This document shows positions 27,536 through 35,480 of a stretch of 64,000 nucleotides of DNA, piece by piece. Origin of the DNA: Vulcanimicrobiota bacterium. GTDB taxonomy: Bacteria; Vulcanimicrobiota; Vulcanimicrobiia; Vulcanimicrobiales; Vulcanimicrobiaceae. The notes under the pieces are model-generated. The model searched no databases, had not been told where the DNA came from, and worked only from the letters and a program-made list of their open reading frames with translations. Location: positions 13,609 through 77,608 of the forward strand of contig DAHUXH010000001.1 of the NCBI GenBank assembly GCA_027307235.1, in the 5' to 3' direction. The first letter of the stretch is position 1. Each line of letters begins with the position of its first letter. A program made the translations under genes and the position numbers.

Positions 27536-28618
27536 ATGAAGCAGGTCTTCCTAATGCTCCGCTGGTCCGGTTTTCTTGCGCTCATGGCGGCGGCCGGTTG
27601 GCCGGGGCAGGCGCGCGCCGTGCCGCTATTCGCCCACCGCTACGGCGTTTCGTGCCAGACCTGCCACTCGATCGTTCCGCGATTGAACGGCTTCGGTGAA
27701 TCGTTCAAGCAGGCGGGCTACCGCTGGCCTGGAGCCATCCACCCGCGAGGCGCCGTACCCCTCAGCATGAAGGTCAACCTCGCCGACGCGAGCAGCCAGG
27801 CGTCGGGCGGGCTGCCCAAAGCGATCGTGGACGAGGTCGAGTTCCTGATGATGGGCAGCTCGGGCCGCCACCTCACCTATAGGGTCGAGCAGTATCTGGT
27901 CGACGGCGGCGTGCCCGGTCGAACGCGTGACGCCTACCTGGAGTACCGCAGCGATGGCATCGGCGCATGGCAGACGCAGGCGCGTCCGCGCCTTGACGTA
28001 CAGATCGGCCAATTCACGCTGCCGCTGCCGAACGATCCCGAAACGCAGCGGCCGACGGAAAATCACTACGCGATCTTCGATCAAACCGTCGGCAGCAATC
28101 CATTCAATCTCTTCGACGATCGCGCCGGCATCAACATCGGCGCGAGCGATCACGGCGTTGAACTGCGCGTTCTTGCCTTGGCCAATCACGACGGTATGGC
28201 GGTGGCACGGCTCGGTACAGCATTCTTGTCGTTTTCCGCGTACCGCTATGGCGGCACGCGCGCTTTGGGCCCGATCGGCGATGCGTTCACGCGAAACGGT
28301 TTCGCGCTCACCAGCATACGCGGCAGAGCGCGCACGTCGCTGCTGCTGCAGACCGGCAATGACAGCAGCGCGGACGGCCTTGGAACCGCGGCATTTTCGA
28401 GCGGCGGCTATGTGCAAGAGGAATGGTCGCTCAGTTCGCACGCGATCGGCGCCGTTCGCTACGACGGCGTCAATGCACCCAATGGATTTCTGCGCTCGAC
28501 GACGCTGTCGTTGATTCTACGCCCGACGATGCGGAGTCGCTTCACCATTGAGGACGTTCTGAGCCCGCCGGGGTCGGCGACACACGGCCTGAGCGCGGCC
28601 TGGTTGTTCGCCTACTAG
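27536..28618 (+). CDS. Predicted outer-membrane beta-barrel protein with N-terminal CXXCH motif
   Basis: 360 aa. Signal peptide ...AAGWPGQARA, then PLFAHRYGVSCQTCHSIVPRLNGFGESF. The remainder shows an alternating hydrophobic pattern, and the C-terminus AAWLFAY ends in an aromatic residue. Confidence 0.6.
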   Translation: MKQVFLMLRWSGFLALMAAAGWPGQARAVPLFAHRYGVSCQTCHSIVPRLNGFGESFKQAGYRWPGAIHPRGAVPLSMKVNLADASSQASGGLPKAIVDEVEFLMMGSSGRHLTYRVEQYLVDGGVPGRTRDAYLEYRSDGIGAWQTQARPRLDVQIGQFTLPLPNDPETQRPTENHYAIFDQTVGSNPFNLFDDRAGINIGASDHGVELRVLALANHDGMAVARLGTAFLSFSAYRYGGTRALGPIGDAFTRNGFALTSIRGRARTSLLLQTGNDSSADGLGTAAFSSGGYVQEEWSLSSHAIGAVRYDGVNAPNGFLRSTTLSLILRPTMRSRFTIEDVLSPPGSATHGLSAAWLFAY

Positions 28619-28648
28619 AAGCCTCGAACGCAGGTAAGAGCGAGCGGC

Positions 28649-28679
28649 TTGACAGTAACCTGTTGAACAGGTTACTGTC
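28649..28679. promoter_or_regulatory. TTGACA box fused to a perfect 14-bp-arm palindrome (operator and/or terminator)
   Basis: TTGACA at 28649-28654. GACAGTAACCTGTT-g-AACAGGTTACTGTC spans 28651-28679. A TACTGT (-10-like) lies 18 nt after the -35. The element sits 39 nt upstream of the cupin ATG and 33 nt downstream of the beta-barrel gene stop. Confidence 0.45.
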
Positions 28680-28717
28680 TTTGAGGTGAACTCGACTCAG
28701 CTTTCGGAGGCATCGGT

Positions 28718-29119
28718 ATGAACCGGATGCAGCTCTTTCTCACCGCAATCGGCGGCTTGTTGCTCGCAAATCAGGCGGATGCCCGACAGGTCATCGTGCG
28801 CAAGGATCTCCTGAGCGCGCACTTCGGCGCGCGCACGTTCGATCGCATCGAGATCAAAGAGATCGACTTTTCTCCGGGCCAGAAGACGGGACTGCATCTG
28901 CATCCGGGCGGCACGGTCGGATACGTCCTCTCCGGCGCGATTGCGTTTCGAGTCGACGGCGAGGAGGGCAAGCTGCTGCGCGGCGGCGATGCGTTCTTTG
29001 AACCACCCAACACGCGTATTGTGACCTTTGACAACGCCTCCACCACCGAGGGCGCAACGTTTCTGGCGTTTTATCTCCTGGAAGGCAACGAGCCGTTGAT
29101 CACGATGCTCGCTTCATGA
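28718..29119 (+). CDS. Cupin-domain protein with signal-peptide-like N-terminus
   Basis: 133 aa. MNRMQLFLTAIGGLLLANQADA, then GLHLHPGG...GDAFFEPPN, the two cupin motifs. Confidence 0.75.
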   Translation: MNRMQLFLTAIGGLLLANQADARQVIVRKDLLSAHFGARTFDRIEIKEIDFSPGQKTGLHLHPGGTVGYVLSGAIAFRVDGEEGKLLRGGDAFFEPPNTRIVTFDNASTTEGATFLAFYLLEGNEPLITMLAS

Positions 29120-29691
29120 AGCCGACGGCCGCGCTCTCCGAATTTCGCTTCTATTACGGCTGCACGGCGTTGAACTTCACGGGAACGCTCGGCCGCCGCC
29201 TTTCCGAGGAACCCCTGGAGCGGCTCGACACGCCGAAACGCCTTTCGCACTGGCTGCTGGAAGCGCAGGTGCTCTCCGCGGCTGCGCCGGTCACAGCGAA
29301 GGGCCTGCGCGATGCCATCGCGTTGCGTGAAGCGATCGCACACATCGCACGGTCGTGCGTGGATGAAGAGAAGCCGCCCGAGCGTGCAGTGGCGATCGTG
29401 AATCGCTTTGCTGCGCCGCCTCCGGTTTCACTGAAACTCACGGCCGGCGGCACGGTGAAGCGGAGCGGCACGCCGCCGCTCGGCGCGGCATTATCAACGA
29501 TCGCACGCGACGCGATTGAGCTTTTTGCCGGCGAACGCCGCACGCTCATTCGCGCCTGCGCCATGGACGACTGCGGAGGCTTCTACATCGACGACTCCCG
29601 CGGAAAACGACGCCGCTGGTGTTCGATGGAACGCTGCGGCAATCGCGCCAAAGCCGAAACCTACCGAGAACGCTGGCTCGCCGGCATCTGA
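29116..29691 (+). CDS. CGNR zinc-finger protein (ABATE N-domain + zf-CGNR), putative transcription regulator
   Basis: 191 aa. The C-terminus CAMDDCGGFYIDDSRGKRRRWCSMERCGNRAKAETYRER is the zf-CGNR signature. The start overlaps the cupin stop (ATGA). Confidence 0.85.
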   Translation: MKPTAALSEFRFYYGCTALNFTGTLGRRLSEEPLERLDTPKRLSHWLLEAQVLSAAAPVTAKGLRDAIALREAIAHIARSCVDEEKPPERAVAIVNRFAAPPPVSLKLTAGGTVKRSGTPPLGAALSTIARDAIELFAGERRTLIRACAMDDCGGFYIDDSRGKRRRWCSMERCGNRAKAETYRERWLAGI

Positions 29692-29735
29692 CGGCGACCG
29701 CGAGCGGCGGCGGTCTGGCACTCACGTGAAGCATC

Positions 29736-29769
29736 GATTCTGCCGAACGTTGATTCTGGTTTGATTCTG
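29736..29769 (+). repeat. Three direct GATTCTG heptamers upstream of the 29796 gene
   Basis: GATTCTG at 29736, 29752 and 29763 (spacing 16 and 11 nt). They lie 27-60 nt upstream of ATG 29796. Confidence 0.4.
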
Positions 29770-29795
29770 ACAGCACCATGAAGGAGCGGGGTGTT

Positions 29796-30860
29796 ATGGC
29801 AAGCGGAGATCAAGGCGGAGCCAGCGAGAAAGTGTTGGAGTTCATTCGCGCGGCCAAGGCGCAGGGGATGGATGACGACTTCGTCACGAGGCTGCTTCGG
29901 CACAACGGGTGGTCGGAGCGCGCCATTTTTCAAACCTACTCGTCGTATTATGGGGAGCGGCTCCAGCAGCCCGTTCCGTCGCGAGGTGCCGGCATAGAGA
30001 ATGCCCGGCACGCTTTCTTCTATCTGCTCGCGTTCATCACGCTCGGGACCTGGACGTTCGCGCTCGGCAATCTCTTCTACGTGTTGATCGACCGCATGCT
30101 TCACGATCCTCTGGCCGCGGATTACACAGCCGATTATGTTCGCGCGAACATCTCGTTCGATCTGGCGGCCATCATCATTGCATTCCCCATCTTCCTCTGG
30201 ATGATGTGGATCATACAACATGAGGCTACGCAGCGTCCGGAAGTCCTAGATTCCGGCGTCCGCAAGTGGCTCACGTACTTGGCGCTCGTCGTCACCGCAT
30301 CGTCTCTCATCGGCGACGCGGTAGTCTTTCTGCAAGATTTTCTCAATGGCTCGCTGACCCAGGCATTCATTCTCAAGTCGGTGGTGCTGGTCGCGATCGC
30401 CGGCGGCGTCTTCGTGTACTACCTCGGAGCCGTGCGCGCGGAGACGGCGACCGTCCGCAGGGACCAGATTTTTGCCGGCGTTGCGATCGTTGCCGTTTGC
30501 ATCAGCATCGGGATCGGCTTCCTACAGAATGGGACGCCGCTGGCGCAACGGGAAAGCGCCTTCGATCAACGGCGAGTCAACGATCTTCAGCAGATAGCAA
30601 GTCTTCTTCGCGATTCGTGGACCGCAAACGGAAAGCACCAACTTCCTTCAAAGTTGGACGCGCTCTTCGTCAATAGGACGAGGCTGCTCGACCCGCAAAC
30701 GCACCACGCCTACACATATCACACGTATTCAGGACCGCGATACCGCCTGTGCGCTGTCTTCGAAACGAGTAACCTCAACGACCCCGGCAACGACGCCTGG
30801 CGACACGCCGCCGGTCTCACCTGCTTCAATCGCGACGCCAGCGCCCCAGGCGAATCGTAG
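29796..30860 (+). CDS. Multi-pass membrane protein, unknown function (soluble N-domain + about 5 TM + C-terminal soluble domain)
   Basis: ORF 29778..30860. I prefer ATG 29796 because AAGGAG lies 9 nt upstream. Hydrophobic helices: FFYLLAFITLGTWTFALGNLFYVLI, LAAIIIAFPIFLWMMWII, WLTYLALVVTASSLIGDAVVFL, VVLVAIAGGVFVYYL, IFAGVAIVAVCISIGIGFL. Confidence 0.6.
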   Translation: MASGDQGGASEKVLEFIRAAKAQGMDDDFVTRLLRHNGWSERAIFQTYSSYYGERLQQPVPSRGAGIENARHAFFYLLAFITLGTWTFALGNLFYVLIDRMLHDPLAADYTADYVRANISFDLAAIIIAFPIFLWMMWIIQHEATQRPEVLDSGVRKWLTYLALVVTASSLIGDAVVFLQDFLNGSLTQAFILKSVVLVAIAGGVFVYYLGAVRAETATVRRDQIFAGVAIVAVCISIGIGFLQNGTPLAQRESAFDQRRVNDLQQIASLLRDSWTANGKHQLPSKLDALFVNRTRLLDPQTHHAYTYHTYSGPRYRLCAVFETSNLNDPGNDAWRHAAGLTCFNRDASAPGES

Positions 30861-31051
30861 CAGACGCCAATATTATCGAAGCGCCCTCTCATCGCATCCG
30901 CTTCACTGTCGCGTCCGACTTCTCGCGCGCCGATTCGCGGCGCCGGGGCGCGACGATCGGCACGTGTCCTCCCGCATCCTCGCCGCCGGGCTTTACACAA
31001 CATTCTGGGAACTGGACGGGCCAACCCCACCCATAGCGGGCCCGCACATCC

Positions 31052-32053
31052 GTGGGAAGCGAACTACCAGCCTTTGCGCGAAGACCACAGGAGATGGATT
31101 GGTCGACGTGGATCGGGATTATCGGAACCCCTTTGGCATGGGCGGTTTCGGTGCTGCTGTTCGCCTCGGCTGCGATCTCGTATCTCAAGCTTCACGACGA
31201 ACGGGGCACGGAGAAGCGGCTGTGGCGGAACCTCGTCATTGGGATTCAGGTGCTCGCGGCCGTCACAGGCCTCCTCGGTAATCTTAATGCCCGCAGTCTC
31301 CGCAGTACGGTGTTCAAACTCCAAAAGACGCTAAACGAAACCGCCGCGCGGGACCGCGATTCCGAATCTTTGCTTGCGCGACAGAGCGCGCTTCTAAAGC
31401 GCCAGTCGCTCGAAATCTCACGGGCGAAGACTCAAATCATAACACTTCAATCGCAAAGCGCTTCGTTTACGCGACAACTCATGAATGCCGCAGAACAAGC
31501 AGCCACTGCGGAACAGCGAGCCACTGCGGTCGCCAGTACCGTTCATCTGACCACTACAAGGACCGGCGCGTTGCTGGCGCGGGCTCAGGCTGAAGCCCAA
31601 GACGCAAATGAACGTGCCATGGTGGCAGAGGCACGTGCTGTCCATGCAGAGGTCAAGGCCGGGGCATATCATCTCCCCGGTCCGACGGCTAAACGCATGA
31701 CTGCGACCCTGGACTCCTACAATCCCGGAACAATAGGCATCGCCTGCGACCCGGGCCTGGAGGTTACGTGCGCGGACCTCTATCAGGCCGCAAAAAAATC
31801 CCAGTGGCACGCCAGTGTCGCATATTCGGCCCTCATTTTTGCTCCCGGCCCCTTCGATGCGCCGATCAACGAGAGTCCAAACGATGGGCTAATCGTTTGG
31901 TATCGCGAGGGATATCGGGGAGCGGCGACAGCACTTGCCGACGTGCTCAGAACGGCGAGCTTTAGCGTGGCCATTCGCCTGACGCCGAACAACCCTGGAG
32001 AGAGCGATCTTGGGATATCGCTCTTATTCATAGGCGACGTGCAACGTCCGTAG
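31052..32053 (+). CDS. Membrane-anchored coiled-coil protein, unknown function
   Basis: 333 aa (GTG 31052; alternative ATG 31094). Two N-terminal TM helices, a long Ala/Gln/Glu-rich helical stretch, and a C-terminal globular part that is weakly LytR_C-like. Codon usage is visibly less GC-biased than in neighbouring genes. Confidence 0.55.
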   Translation: MGSELPAFARRPQEMDWSTWIGIIGTPLAWAVSVLLFASAAISYLKLHDERGTEKRLWRNLVIGIQVLAAVTGLLGNLNARSLRSTVFKLQKTLNETAARDRDSESLLARQSALLKRQSLEISRAKTQIITLQSQSASFTRQLMNAAEQAATAEQRATAVASTVHLTTTRTGALLARAQAEAQDANERAMVAEARAVHAEVKAGAYHLPGPTAKRMTATLDSYNPGTIGIACDPGLEVTCADLYQAAKKSQWHASVAYSALIFAPGPFDAPINESPNDGLIVWYREGYRGAATALADVLRTASFSVAIRLTPNNPGESDLGISLLFIGDVQRP

Positions 32054-32172
32054 CGCCAATCCGCAAATTGGCGTAATCCGAGGAATGCGTCTCCTTCTGT
32101 GTTCGTTAATCCGAAAATCGCGATTTCACGCGGCTAGTCCGCATGATAGTTAATCTGTAAAAAACGCTCAAT

Positions 32173-32206
32173 CCGCAAAATAGACTTTTGAAAATCTATT
32201 TTGCGG
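32173..32206 (-). terminator. Hairpin 13 nt downstream of tmRNA 3' end (probable ssrA terminator)
   Basis: CCGCAAAATAGA-10 nt-TCTATTTTGCGG, a perfect 12-bp stem. On the minus strand a TTTTTT run begins 9 nt after the stem. Confidence 0.5.
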
Positions 32207-32219
32207 ACAGAGCAAAAAT

Positions 32220-32570
32220 TGGTGGAGCTGTCGGGGAACTGCCCCCCGAGTCCGAAAAGCCTGACCGACGCGTTCTCCAAGCTCAGCTTCGATTTTTTCT
32301 TATTCGCGCGAGCGCCTTGAAGCCGGGCTTTCGCGTGCTGCAGATTCTTGATTTTGCACGCCCGTCGAATCAGGCGAACGTGCTAGCCGGAGTTTATGGC
32401 GGTAGGCGGGTTGATTCCGGCAACCTCCCGCTTCCCGTCGCTAACCTAGATTAGGCAGCGAGTGCGTATTGATTATCGGCAGATGTGCCGTTGCGATCGT
32501 TTTAGGAGGGCTCGCAGCTCCGCTTGCTGACGTCGACCACGGATCTCCTCGTCGAACCTGACTCAGCCCC
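32220..32570 (-). ncRNA. ssrA: tmRNA (transfer-messenger RNA)
   Basis: The minus strand reads 5' GGGGCTGAGTCAGGTTCGACGAGG ... GGACTCGGGGGGCAGTTCCCCGACAGCTCCACCA 3'. The acceptor stem is GGGGCUG/CAGCUCC with G3:U. The internal tag ORF is ...AAC GGC ACA TCT GCC GAT AAT CAA TAC GCA CTC GCT GCC TAA (..NGTSADNQYALAA stop). Length is 351 nt including the encoded CCA. Confidence 0.9.
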
Positions 32571-32640
32571 ATGGACACCCTATACTACCACAGGCCGCAA
32601 GCGAAGGTTTCCGCCGCCGGACCATTGGAGCAATCCGCGA

Positions 32641-34821
32641 TCAGCGCGTCAGCGCGGCCTGCCGTTCGTTGGCGATGGCCTCCCCGTCGTGGAAACCCGA
32701 GACCGCGCTGCGAATGCGTTCGGCTTCATTGCGCAACGACAGCGTGAGCTTGCGCAGCTCCTCGGTGGCGCCGGCGAGCCGCTCGCCGCGCTGAGCCACC
32801 GAGGCCACGTCGGTCGATGTGGACTGCACCGCGACGGCGCCGTTCGACGACGAGGCGAGCAAGCGTGCCGAAAGATCGGAGAGCGATTGCGCGAGGCCGG
32901 CGTTTTCGCCGGTCATGCGCTCGAGGAGCAGCGTTGATTCAAGCAGGGAGTCGGTCGCCGATTTCTGCTCGCGCTGGGAGAGCACGACCGCATCGATGCG
33001 CGAGCGCATCGAGCGCGCGTTCTCCACGATCTTTTCGAGTGCTCCGGTCACGAGCGACGTCTTCTGGCGGCCGCTCTCGACGGCTTCGCGACCGCGTTGC
33101 GTGACGTCGACCGCGCGCACGGTCTCGGTCTGCACCGACCGGATGAGCGACGCGATCTCCTTGGTGGCTCCCGCCGATGAGTCGGCAAGCTTGCGAATCT
33201 CGTCGGCGACCACCGCAAAGCCGCGGCCGTGCTCACCGGCACGCGCGGCTTCGATGGCGGCATTGAGCGCGAGGAGATTGGTTTGATCGGCGATCTCGTC
33301 GATTTTTTGTGTGATCGATCCAATCTGCTGTGAACTTTCGCGCAACGATCCGATCGTCTCCACGAGGTCGTGCATCACGCGCTGCGCTTCTTCCGACGTG
33401 CGATCGGCCTGTTCGATCGCGGTGGTCGCGTCGGATGCGCTGGCGTCGGCCGAGGTCGAGAGCGCGAGGACGTCGCCGGCAGCTTCGATCGTCGCGTTGG
33501 TAGTGCGCGAGAGTTGATCGATGCCCGATGCGTTGCTTTGCGCGGCTACACCCAGGCGATCGGCCACCGAACGCGCGCGATCGACCATCTCGGAAAGTTC
33601 GTCGGCCCCGGCGGCGACCAAGTCCATCGCCGCTCCGAGCGACCGCATCGACGACGTGGCGCTGGTGAGATCGCGCGCGTTCGCAGAGGCGTCGCCGGTG
33701 AACTGTTCGGCACGACCGGCGATCTGACGCGCTGATTCATCCAGCAGCAGCGCCGTCGTCTGCACCTCCGCGACCACCGAGCGAATGGCATCGACAACTT
33801 TCACGAACGCGATCGACACGACGTCGCGATCGGAATGCGGCGTGATGTCGATGGCGAGGTTGCCGCTCGCAAGACGCTCGCCGCTGTCCGCCAACCGCGT
33901 GAGCCCACGATTGGCCTGGGTGAAGGCATGCACGAGCAAACCCGCCTCGTGCGCGAACACCGGTTCACCAAACAGTTCGTCATCGCGGAACAGATCACCG
34001 TAGCGCATGCGTTCCATGAGATCGACAACGCGCATAATCGGCCGCGTGATTCCGGATACCAGCACGTTCGTGACCAGCACCGTGAACAGTATCGTAACCG
34101 CGAGCGCGCACAATCCGTAGATGAGTCCGAGATGCATCGCTTGATCGAAGGTCACGGTCTTGGATTGCACCTGAAGGAACAGGTGCAGCGCCCCGCCGAC
34201 GACGGTCGTCATCGTCAGCAGGGTGACGACGAAGAGCGGGAAGATCACGCGCAAACGGATGCCGCCGCGCGCATGACGCGGCTCGGGAACGAACGTGGAC
34301 GCGCCCTCCGCCACGATGGCAAGCAGGCGCACCGCCAGAATCTCTCCGCTGAAGAAGTTCAACGTGCCGTCGATGGTCCCGCCGATCATCACGGCGATCA
34401 GGAGCGGTCCGAGGTTCAACCACGTCGGCAGGCCGGCGAACGTGTTGCCGAGTGCGGTCACGCAGACTGCCCCGATCAGGTACGAAACCACGTAATCAAT
34501 GAAGAACCGGCGGGGGATGCCGCGCAGCACGGGCTGCGCCAACGATACGGCATCGTCGCCCGCTTCGAGCAGTGCGCGTTTTGCACGGTTCATCGAGCGC
34601 CGGTCGAGTGTCTGCGTCAGCGCAACCGATACTGCCGAGTAGATGACGGTCGCGACCGCGATCCACGTCAGCTCGTGGGCGGTGTAACTGCCGAGAATGG
34701 TTGCAATGAGAATCGTCGCGGGAACCGAAGCGAGGAGCGAACCGGATTGCCGAGTTTGAAAACGGCGCACGGTCGCGTCAAAACGCGCGGCTGCATCATG
34801 GCGGACGGCCTGCCCGGGCAT
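32641..34821 (-). CDS. Methyl-accepting chemotaxis protein with multi-TM N-terminal sensor module and HAMP
   Basis: 726 aa. About 6-7 hydrophobic helices in the first 280 aa or so, then a HAMP-like segment. Signalling tip: [34 protein letters not shown]. Confidence 0.88.
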   Translation of the reverse strand: MPGQAVRHDAAARFDATVRRFQTRQSGSLLASVPATILIATILGSYTAHELTWIAVATVIYSAVSVALTQTLDRRSMNRAKRALLEAGDDAVSLAQPVLRGIPRRFFIDYVVSYLIGAVCVTALGNTFAGLPTWLNLGPLLIAVMIGGTIDGTLNFFSGEILAVRLLAIVAEGASTFVPEPRHARGGIRLRVIFPLFVVTLLTMTTVVGGALHLFLQVQSKTVTFDQAMHLGLIYGLCALAVTILFTVLVTNVLVSGITRPIMRVVDLMERMRYGDLFRDDELFGEPVFAHEAGLLVHAFTQANRGLTRLADSGERLASGNLAIDITPHSDRDVVSIAFVKVVDAIRSVVAEVQTTALLLDESARQIAGRAEQFTGDASANARDLTSATSSMRSLGAAMDLVAAGADELSEMVDRARSVADRLGVAAQSNASGIDQLSRTTNATIEAAGDVLALSTSADASASDATTAIEQADRTSEEAQRVMHDLVETIGSLRESSQQIGSITQKIDEIADQTNLLALNAAIEAARAGEHGRGFAVVADEIRKLADSSAGATKEIASLIRSVQTETVRAVDVTQRGREAVESGRQKTSLVTGALEKIVENARSMRSRIDAVVLSQREQKSATDSLLESTLLLERMTGENAGLAQSLSDLSARLLASSSNGAVAVQSTSTDVASVAQRGERLAGATEELRKLTLSLRNEAERIRSAVSGFHDGEAIANERQAALTR

Positions 34822-34981
34822 ATTTCGATTGATCCTCCCGACGACGATAGGGTCCCGCCGAAACGAATAATCGACAACCCCATCGAAGAATCCGCCCGCT
34901 CGCTGTGGACTTTACGCAAGCAAAAACCTCGCCTTAATCTGAACGCGGGACAGCATTAAGAGAGTGTCAGATTTCCGTATG

Positions 34982-35016
34982 CAAAAAAGAGACTACGGCG
35001 ACGAATCGCCGTAGTC
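34982..35016 (-). terminator. Rho-independent terminator of the 35041..35412 gene
   Basis: On the minus strand, GACTACGGCGA-ttcg-TCGCCGTAGTC (11-bp perfect stem) is followed directly by TCTTTTTTG. Confidence 0.8.
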
Positions 35017-35040
35017 CACATGCCAGTCGAGGGCGAAGCG

Positions 35041-35412
35041 TTAGGTCGCGGTTCTCTCGGCTTCGGGTTGCCACATTTGCGTCAGCAGCGTCCCAACGAT
35101 GGTCATGATGATGGTACCGTACAAATTCGCCAGCCACGTGTTCGTATCGGGAGCCCGAAAGCTTGGCGCCAGCCATGTCGTCAACGCGAACAAGATGTAG
35201 TTGACGACGAATGAAAACAGTCCGTGCGTCAGCCAAGTCAGTGGCGCTGAGAGCAGACGCAGGATCGGTCCGAGGAGCATGTTGATGAGGCCGAAGATGA
35301 TTGCAGCGATGACTGCCGTCCAAATTCCGGCTTGGTGATTGAACCCCGGCACATACTTCGCGATGAGATAGAGCACGATGGCGTTGACGATGAAGCGGAT
35401 GAGCAGATGCAT
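35041..35412 (-). CDS. Small 4-TM membrane protein (DUF360/phage-holin-4_2-like)
   Basis: 123 aa. MHLLIRFIVNAIVLYLIAKYVPGF..GIWTAVIAAIIFGLINMLLGPILRLLSAPLTWLTHGLFSFVVN, typical of the YvlD/DUF360 family. Confidence 0.6.
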   Translation of the reverse strand: MHLLIRFIVNAIVLYLIAKYVPGFNHQAGIWTAVIAAIIFGLINMLLGPILRLLSAPLTWLTHGLFSFVVNYILFALTTWLAPSFRAPDTNTWLANLYGTIIMTIVGTLLTQMWQPEAERTAT

Positions 35413-35480
35413 CGTTTACCTCCTCGTACGGCGTCACGCATCGGGACGCCGCAGAAAGATGCTTTGGCGCTTATCTTCGC

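Noticed and set aside
29692-32219. Intact integrative island at ssrA
   Set aside because: I found no integrase, recombinase or excisionase ORF on either strand. I found no direct repeat of the ssrA 3' end either. The best match was only the 8-mer GGGAACTG near 31005. The region is therefore kept only as a possible decayed islet.
32188-32937. ORF-track ORFs 32188..32454(+) and 32524..32937(+)
   Set aside because: Both overlie the tmRNA gene, and the second also overlies the 3' end of the MCP gene. Both have TTG starts and no coding character.
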